A stretch of 22,158 nt of DNA, taken from an uncultured bacterium (GTDB taxonomy: Bacteria > Zixibacteria > MSB-5A5 > JAABVY01 > JAHJOQ01). Under the pieces are notes generated by a model, which made no database searches, was not told the origin of the DNA, and worked only from the letters and a program-made list of their open reading frames with translations. The DNA is taken from NCBI GenBank assembly GCA_965369655.1, contig CBDUQR010000043.1, positions 1 to 22,158 on the forward strand. The letters run 5' to 3'. Made by a program: the position numbers and the translations under genes. This document shows positions 16,514-22,158 of the stretch, in pieces. Numbering within the stretch: the first letter of the stretch is position 1; each line of letters begins with the position of its first letter.

Positions 16514-18847
16514 ATGAAACTAACGAGAGTTATGAATATGCGAAGCAGGAAGATCCTGTACATCATTGTGACGGCATTGACATTGCCTCTCCTGACATTC
16601 GCGTTGCTCGATGTCGTCTTCCCTGTCCCATACGAGAATCTCCATCCAAGACCATCGACAATCATCTGTGACAGAAGCGGAATCCTGCTGCGAGCGTTCC
16701 TCGCACCGGACGACATGTGGCGGCTTCCGGTACGACTCGACTCAGTGTCACCGGTCCTCATACAATCTGTGCTGACGTACGAAGACAGGCATTTCTATCG
16801 TCATCCGGGAATCAATCTCATATCGGTAATCAGGGCAGCCTGTGTCAATATCCGCGAAAGAGGCTTCGTGCAGGGAGCATCCACAATCACGATGCAGGTA
16901 GCGAGAATGATGGAACCAAAAGACCGGACGCTCTGGAATAAAGCTGTCGAGACATTCAAAGCATTTCAGCTCGAAGCGAGATTCACCAAGGATGAGATAC
17001 TCGAATTCTATCTGAATCTCGCGCCGTATGGTGGGAACATTGTCGGGGTCGGAGCCGCCTCGCGGTTATATTTCGACAAGAGCCCGGACAGGCTCAGCAT
17101 TGGCGAAGCCGCGTTGCTGGCTGCAATTCCCAACTCCCCGAACAAACTCAGGCCCGACACTCATCTCTCGAATGCCTTGAAAGCCCGCAAGAAGGTACTT
17201 CGCATTCTTGTGGAGCAGAGGACCATTTCACCATCGCAGATGCGCGAGGCGATGCGGGAGAAGATTCACGGTCGCAGATTCAGCATGCCGTTCGAGATAC
17301 CGCATCTTTCGACAGAGCTGTTCGCTCGGCATCCTCATCTCGACACAATTCGCACTACGATCGATCTCGGTACGCAGAGACTCGCCGAGCGAATATCAGG
17401 CACGGTTGCCGAACGCCTCCGGAAGATCGGCATCTCCAACTGCGCCGTCGTGGTTGTCGAGAACAGCAGCGGCAACGTCCTCGCTATGGTCGGCTCCGGC
17501 GATTTCGATGACGAGAACAGCCAGGGACAGGTGAACGGCGCTATGGCTCCGCGCTCTCCCGGCTCAGCGCTCAAACCGTTCGTGTATGCACTCGCGCTCG
17601 ATGATGGATTGATATCGCCGCGCACGATCCTGCCCGATCTGCCCGTTGATTTTTCAGGATACAGTCCAGAGAACTACGAAGGTACGTTCAACGGCTATGT
17701 GACAGCCGAACAGGCGCTGATCAAGTCGCTGAATGTCCCCGCAGTCAATCTCAGCGCGAAAATGAAGACCTATGGGCTTTACGAGTTCCTGAAAGAAGCG
17801 GGCGTTTCCACTCTCCAGCGCCCGCGAGATCATTACGGATTGTCTCTCGTGCTGGGTGGCGGCGAGGTAACACTGTTGGATCTGACTAATACCTATTCCG
17901 GTCTTGCGCGAGGAGGAATATTCAAACCGTATCGTATCCTGAAAGATGAACGAGTCATCGACGGTGAAAGACTCCTGAGCCGTGAGGCATGCTACATCAC
18001 GACCGAAATCCTCTCGGAACTTCGCAGGCCGGACTTGCCATCAGTCTGGGACTGGACAGTCGACATGCCTAAGATCGCCTGGAAAACGGGGACATCCTAT
18101 GGCCGTCGCGATGCCTGGAGCATCGGCTACACTCCTGACTACACTGTCGGAGTCTGGGCGGGCAACTTCGACGGCACGGGCGTCCCGGAACTGGTGGGCG
18201 CAGAAACCGCAGCTCCGATTCTCTTCCAGATTTTCCGCGAACTTGAGAGCGGTCTCGACCGCAGGTGGTTCACGCAACCCGATGGAGTCGAGCGACGCCA
18301 GGTATGTGCCGTGAGCGGGATGGCGCTGAGCGAGTATTGCTCTCAGGCGGCGACAGAGCTGTTCATTCCGGGTAAGTCGCCCTCGAAGCGCTGCGACATG
18401 CACAGGCCTATACTCGTGGACAAAGAGACCGGCTACCGATTGTGCAGTCGTTGTCGATCCGGCCGCAACGCCGAGAGTCGCATTGTCGAAATATGGCCTG
18501 CCGAAATTGCATCGTGGCTGGCTCAGAACGGTCACCCTGTAGACAGCATCCCTGAGCACAATCCGGACTGCTCTAAGATTCTCTCAGGTGAGGCGCCGGT
18601 GATAAGCTCGCCGCAGGAGGCCGAGTACAAAATCCGGCAGGGCGTTGATCCAATGTATCAGCAGATTCTGCTCAACGCACATGTGCCGAACCATGTGAAC
18701 AAGATATTCTGGTTTCTCGACAAGGAACTGATCTTCGCAGGCTCACCCGAGAGAAAGGTGTTCATCACTCCGCAGCCGGGAAAGCATACAGTCGTCTGCT
18801 CCGATGGCGAAGGACGATCATCGCAGGTAAGATTCGTCGTCAGATAG
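16514..18847 (+). CDS. pbpC: Penicillin-binding protein 1C (transglycosylase/transpeptidase)
   Basis: Transglycosylase motifs EDRHFYRHPG and GASTITMQVAR. Transpeptidase motifs SALK, SLN, KTGTS. Cys-rich C-terminal domain. Canonical linkage with alpha-2-macroglobulin. Confidence 0.93.
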   Translation: MKLTRVMNMRSRKILYIIVTALTLPLLTFALLDVVFPVPYENLHPRPSTIICDRSGILLRAFLAPDDMWRLPVRLDSVSPVLIQSVLTYEDRHFYRHPGINLISVIRAACVNIRERGFVQGASTITMQVARMMEPKDRTLWNKAVETFKAFQLEARFTKDEILEFYLNLAPYGGNIVGVGAASRLYFDKSPDRLSIGEAALLAAIPNSPNKLRPDTHLSNALKARKKVLRILVEQRTISPSQMREAMREKIHGRRFSMPFEIPHLSTELFARHPHLDTIRTTIDLGTQRLAERISGTVAERLRKIGISNCAVVVVENSSGNVLAMVGSGDFDDENSQGQVNGAMAPRSPGSALKPFVYALALDDGLISPRTILPDLPVDFSGYSPENYEGTFNGYVTAEQALIKSLNVPAVNLSAKMKTYGLYEFLKEAGVSTLQRPRDHYGLSLVLGGGEVTLLDLTNTYSGLARGGIFKPYRILKDERVIDGERLLSREACYITTEILSELRRPDLPSVWDWTVDMPKIAWKTGTSYGRRDAWSIGYTPDYTVGVWAGNFDGTGVPELVGAETAAPILFQIFRELESGLDRRWFTQPDGVERRQVCAVSGMALSEYCSQAATELFIPGKSPSKRCDMHRPILVDKETGYRLCSRCRSGRNAESRIVEIWPAEIASWLAQNGHPVDSIPEHNPDCSKILSGEAPVISSPQEAEYKIRQGVDPMYQQILLNAHVPNHVNKIFWFLDKELIFAGSPERKVFITPQPGKHTVVCSDGEGRSSQVRFVVR

Positions 18848-18902
18848 ACTCTGCATTGCATCAGAATTGAGGAGTCAGGCGGTCCAACAGACCGGATACT
18901 CC

Positions 18903-18930
18903 TTGCCAATATCGGTTTCTAAGCTATATT
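18903..18930 (+). promoter_or_regulatory. Possible sigma70 promoter for the deiminase gene
   Basis: TTGCCA-N16-TATATT in an AT-rich intergenic stretch. Confidence 0.3.
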
Positions 18931-19008
18931 GATAATAACATCGAAGACCTGATTACTTATCAGAGCAGCAATTTATACAACTCTGCGATTTCAACATGGT
19001 GATGCAAC

Positions 19009-21144
19009 ATGAGTAAGATCTACACAATTCTGCTGGCGGCTTTTACGGCTGTTTTCATTTGTGCAAGCCTTTCCTTCGCTGAAGGTGAAGAAGAATACCT
19101 TCCGATTGGATTCACCGAAGAGGAACTGACGAGACTCAATGAGATCGGCATGAATCATGTCGTCACAGCGCCCCCGGTCGGTAAACTGCGAAATTGCGCC
19201 GAATGGGAGCCTTCGGAGAGAGTCATCATCAGGTGGCCACTCGGGATTTCCGTCTCGCTCGTTGCCGAGCTTTCCAACACCGTCGTCGTCTGGACAATAT
19301 GTTCGAGCGAGTATTACAAGAATCAGGCGATCAGCACCTATCAGTCGGGCGGCGTTAATATGGACAACACTGATTTTATTATCGCATCGACAAACACGAT
19401 CTGGACTCGCGATTACGGCCCATGGTTCATTTTCCGCGACCAGACTATGGAAATAGTCGATTACATCTACAACAGGCCGAGACCTCTCGATGATGTCATT
19501 CCGCAGACGATTGGCGCTCTGTGGGGAATGGCGGTCTATGGCATGGACCTGACGCATACCGGCGGCAATCATATGTCGGACGGCCTCGGCATGTCGATGT
19601 CGACAAGACTTGTGCGCAATGAGAATCCGGGGTTGGACCCGCACGAAATCGATTCGATCATGCTCGCCTATCTCGGCAATGACTACACTGTGCTCGACTA
19701 CATCGAATCGGGAGGCATCCATCACATCGACTGCTGGGCAAAGTTTCTGAATCCGACAACCATACTCGTCAAATCAGTACCTTCGGGCGATCAGAGCTAC
19801 CATCTTTTGAACGATCGCGCCGACTGGCTTGCGACCCAGATGAGTCCCTGGGGAGAACCGTACACAATCGTCAGAGTCTACTGTCCGAGCGGTACGGCAT
19901 ACACGAATTCACTGATCCTGAACAACAAAGTCTTCGTGCCGATATTCAGTTCGTCCTGGGATGATGACGCCATACAGACATACGAGGATGCCATGCCCGG
20001 CTACGAGGTCTACGGTTTCACTGGATCATTCTACGACGACGACGCGATCCACTGCCGTACGATGGGTGTTCCAGACAGAGAAATGCTGTTTGTCGATCAC
20101 AGGCCACTCCATGACACCGGCGATACGGAAAGCGACAGGCTCGTATCTGTGCACATCGAGACATGCTCAGGTGCCGCGCTGGTCTCAGATTCTCTGAAGA
20201 TTTACTACAGCGTCAATGGCGGAGCGTATGTGTCGACTCCGCTCTTTACGACCGCTGTACCGGATTCATTCTACGGCTACATTCCGGCGCAGGGTCCCGG
20301 TGCGGAAGTCAGCTACTTCGTGAGGGCGGCAGAGCTTTCCGGCAGAGTCGAGGACCACCCATTTATCGGCGAGCCGTGGGCGCACAGTTATTCGATCACG
20401 GGCGCAAACCAGCCGCCGGTCCTCGCAGAAATCGGACCGCAGGAAGTCGACGAGTGTGAGAATCTTAATTTCATCGTTACGGCAACCGACCCGGACATGA
20501 CAACTCCGGCGCTCTTTGCCGAGGACCTTCCCGATAACGCAGACTTCACTGACAACGGCGATGGCACCGGGATATTCGATTTCACGCCTGATAATTCGCA
20601 GGCGGGAGAACACGTTGTGCGATTCATCGCAACGGACGGCAGCCTGGCCGACAGCGAAATGGTGACGATCACCGTGAACAACGTCAACCTGCCGCCGACA
20701 ATAATCGAACCTGACACACTTCTCTGCCGGACAGAGGAGTATTTCACATTCTATCCCGAAATCATCGATCCGGACGACACGTCGCACCAGGTATCATACA
20801 GTATGTATCCCGGCTGGATGACAGTCATCGAAGACTCGTTGACAGGCACACCGACCGCGCCTGAATTTGTCACATTCAGGGTGCACGTCACCGACGGCGT
20901 CAACTACGACAGTCTCGATGTAAATCTGATAGCCTATCTTTGCGGCGACGCCGACTCGTCTGGCGATGTTGACATTGATGATGTAGTGGCATTGATCGAG
21001 TACATTTTCTCGTCTGGTGATGCGCCGTATCCACTCGAATCGGGCGACGTCAACTGCGCCGACGACATCGACATCGATGATGCTGTGTACTTGATAACAT
21101 ACATTTTCAGCGGTGGCCCGGTACCCTGCGCAGAGTGCCCATAA
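19009..21144 (+). CDS. Secreted agmatine deiminase/peptidyl-arginine deiminase (PPAD) family protein with Ig/cadherin-like domains and a C-terminal dockerin-like domain
   Basis: Signal peptide (..SFA/E), AEWEP, WTRDYGP, GGN, HHIDC, YTNS, AIHC. NQPPVL/ATDPD/DNGDGTG Ig-like module. Duplicated Ca-binding repeat CGDADSSGDVDIDDVVALIEYIF / GDVNCADDIDIDDAVYLITYIF. Confidence 0.88.
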   Translation: MSKIYTILLAAFTAVFICASLSFAEGEEEYLPIGFTEEELTRLNEIGMNHVVTAPPVGKLRNCAEWEPSERVIIRWPLGISVSLVAELSNTVVVWTICSSEYYKNQAISTYQSGGVNMDNTDFIIASTNTIWTRDYGPWFIFRDQTMEIVDYIYNRPRPLDDVIPQTIGALWGMAVYGMDLTHTGGNHMSDGLGMSMSTRLVRNENPGLDPHEIDSIMLAYLGNDYTVLDYIESGGIHHIDCWAKFLNPTTILVKSVPSGDQSYHLLNDRADWLATQMSPWGEPYTIVRVYCPSGTAYTNSLILNNKVFVPIFSSSWDDDAIQTYEDAMPGYEVYGFTGSFYDDDAIHCRTMGVPDREMLFVDHRPLHDTGDTESDRLVSVHIETCSGAALVSDSLKIYYSVNGGAYVSTPLFTTAVPDSFYGYIPAQGPGAEVSYFVRAAELSGRVEDHPFIGEPWAHSYSITGANQPPVLAEIGPQEVDECENLNFIVTATDPDMTTPALFAEDLPDNADFTDNGDGTGIFDFTPDNSQAGEHVVRFIATDGSLADSEMVTITVNNVNLPPTIIEPDTLLCRTEEYFTFYPEIIDPDDTSHQVSYSMYPGWMTVIEDSLTGTPTAPEFVTFRVHVTDGVNYDSLDVNLIAYLCGDADSSGDVDIDDVVALIEYIFSSGDAPYPLESGDVNCADDIDIDDAVYLITYIFSGGPVPCAECP

Positions 21145-21184
21145 CAAAAGCCCATCCGCCGCTGCCCCTTCGCAGACTATAATT

Positions 21185-21302
21185 GTTACGGCGGGTCTTG
21201 CGAATCCGTGTCAACGGATTCGTGTGACCTGCCGCCTATATTAACATGCAATTGAATGTCAGGTCACAATCCCGCTCTCGCGGAATCAAGACCTGACACA
21301 AC
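21185..21302. repeat. REPIN-like inverted doublet of branched palindromes, copy 2
   Basis: Aligns end to end with 3896-4014. Shared blocks include GTGACCTGCCGC, TGTCAGGTCACAAT and ATCAAGACCTGACACAAC. Confidence 0.8.
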
Positions 21303-21323
21303 GGGGAACATGGCTGATTAGTA

Positions 21324-22103
21324 CTAATCAGTTGATAGGTTTTCACCGTTTAGATTCTGCATCGTCAGTAGTTTTAGATGTCGGATTTTCCTGACACAGC
21401 GAGCCAAACAAACAGTCACCACAGGTATGATAAGGCTATAGATTACAATTACTGTCCAACTTGCGGAAGGAGATTGAAAACCAATAATGCCCAACTGGTC
21501 TAGCACCACAGAAGTTACTGCTAAAGCTGGAATCACGATCAGTATCATAGCGAGCCATCTTGGTTCCAGCATTATGAGAAGTGGGGCATTGAACAATTCA
21601 AGATAGACCGTATTGTCGGCGTGACGATTGAAAGCAACTCGACATAGGTTGTAGAGGTGAATTGCATAAATCAATGCGAGAAAATAGAGACTGAATATGA
21701 TGGCTGGCAGTATCATAAGCACATTGGGATAGGAGACTACTGCACCAAAAGCCTGAAGATGTTGTCCTTGAAATTGCCTCAGCGCATTGAGCTGATTCCT
21801 TAGACTTCTTACTCCACTGATTCTGTCAAGTTTGTACTTATCAAGAGCTTTCAAATAGGATGGATAGAACCTCAGCAGTAATTCATTATGATCTAACTTT
21901 GAGTATTTGGGTAGGGAGAGATCGAGGATTCTTTGAACCTGAATACTGTCCGGTAGGTCGGATCGATCCCATAATTTGCTATCAAGCATTGATTCTAATC
22001 CCAAGAATACGATACTCTGTGAGCGATCGGAGAACTGGATACTATCTGGAGCATTGTGACCAAATACTACTCTATTGATGTTTTCCTTGAATCGTGCAAG
22101 CAG
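21324..22103 (-). pseudogene. 3' part of an AT-rich membrane-protein gene, probably interrupted by an IS3-family element
   Basis: The frame stays open upstream of TTG 22004 up to the IS end. The first upstream in-frame stop is inside the IR (22119-22121). Three C-terminal hydrophobic segments. Confidence 0.6.
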
Positions 22104-22104
22104 G

Positions 22105-22158
22105 TGAACCTCCCCCGATTAAGTGGACACATCGAGAAGATAGAGTTTTATTCTATTC
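22105..22158 (+). mobile_element. Terminal inverted repeat and start of an IS3-family insertion sequence (continues beyond the window)
   Basis: TGAACCTCCCCCGATTAAGTGGACAC (22105-22130) fits the 5'-TG...CCCC...GTGGACA pattern of IS3-family ends and coincides with truncation of the adjacent ORF. No transposase is visible, so orientation is uncertain. Confidence 0.6.

Noticed and set aside
11125-19725. Long antisense ORFs (e.g. 11125-11988, 13924-14475, 18041-18559, 18991-19725)
   Set aside because: Shadow frames of GC-rich genes with strong family motifs on the plus strand. No independent support.

Overview
This is a bacterial chromosomal window with no rRNA, tRNA or CRISPR array that I can see. 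The C-terminal dockerin-like tag on a secreted enzyme is reminiscent of candidate Zixibacteria, but that is only an inference. Gene order: a CxxC-less thioredoxin-reductase-like flavoprotein coupled to a short RlmN/Cfr-like radical SAM enzyme; a minus-strand ABC exporter pair; an inositol-monophosphatase-like gene; a decayed HAD-hydrolase remnant; a divergent PRPP synthetase; an AT-richer minus-strand block (orphan gene, class I/II aminotransferase, MBL-fold hydrolase, DUF89 phosphatase); a YbhB/PEBP lipoprotein; an alpha-2-macroglobulin-pbpC operon with a near-consensus sigma54 promoter; a secreted agmatine/peptidyl-arginine deiminase-family protein with Ig-like and dockerin-like modules; and an AT-rich membrane-protein gene cut by an IS3-family end at the right edge. 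The most striking non-genic signals are (i) a 173-bp MITE with TIRs and a TATA duplication inserted exactly in frame inside the reductase gene, adding 59 aa, (ii) two about 119-bp REPIN-like branched double-hairpin elements 17 kb apart with compensatory base changes, and (iii) REP-like hairpin clusters bracketing the orphan gene.
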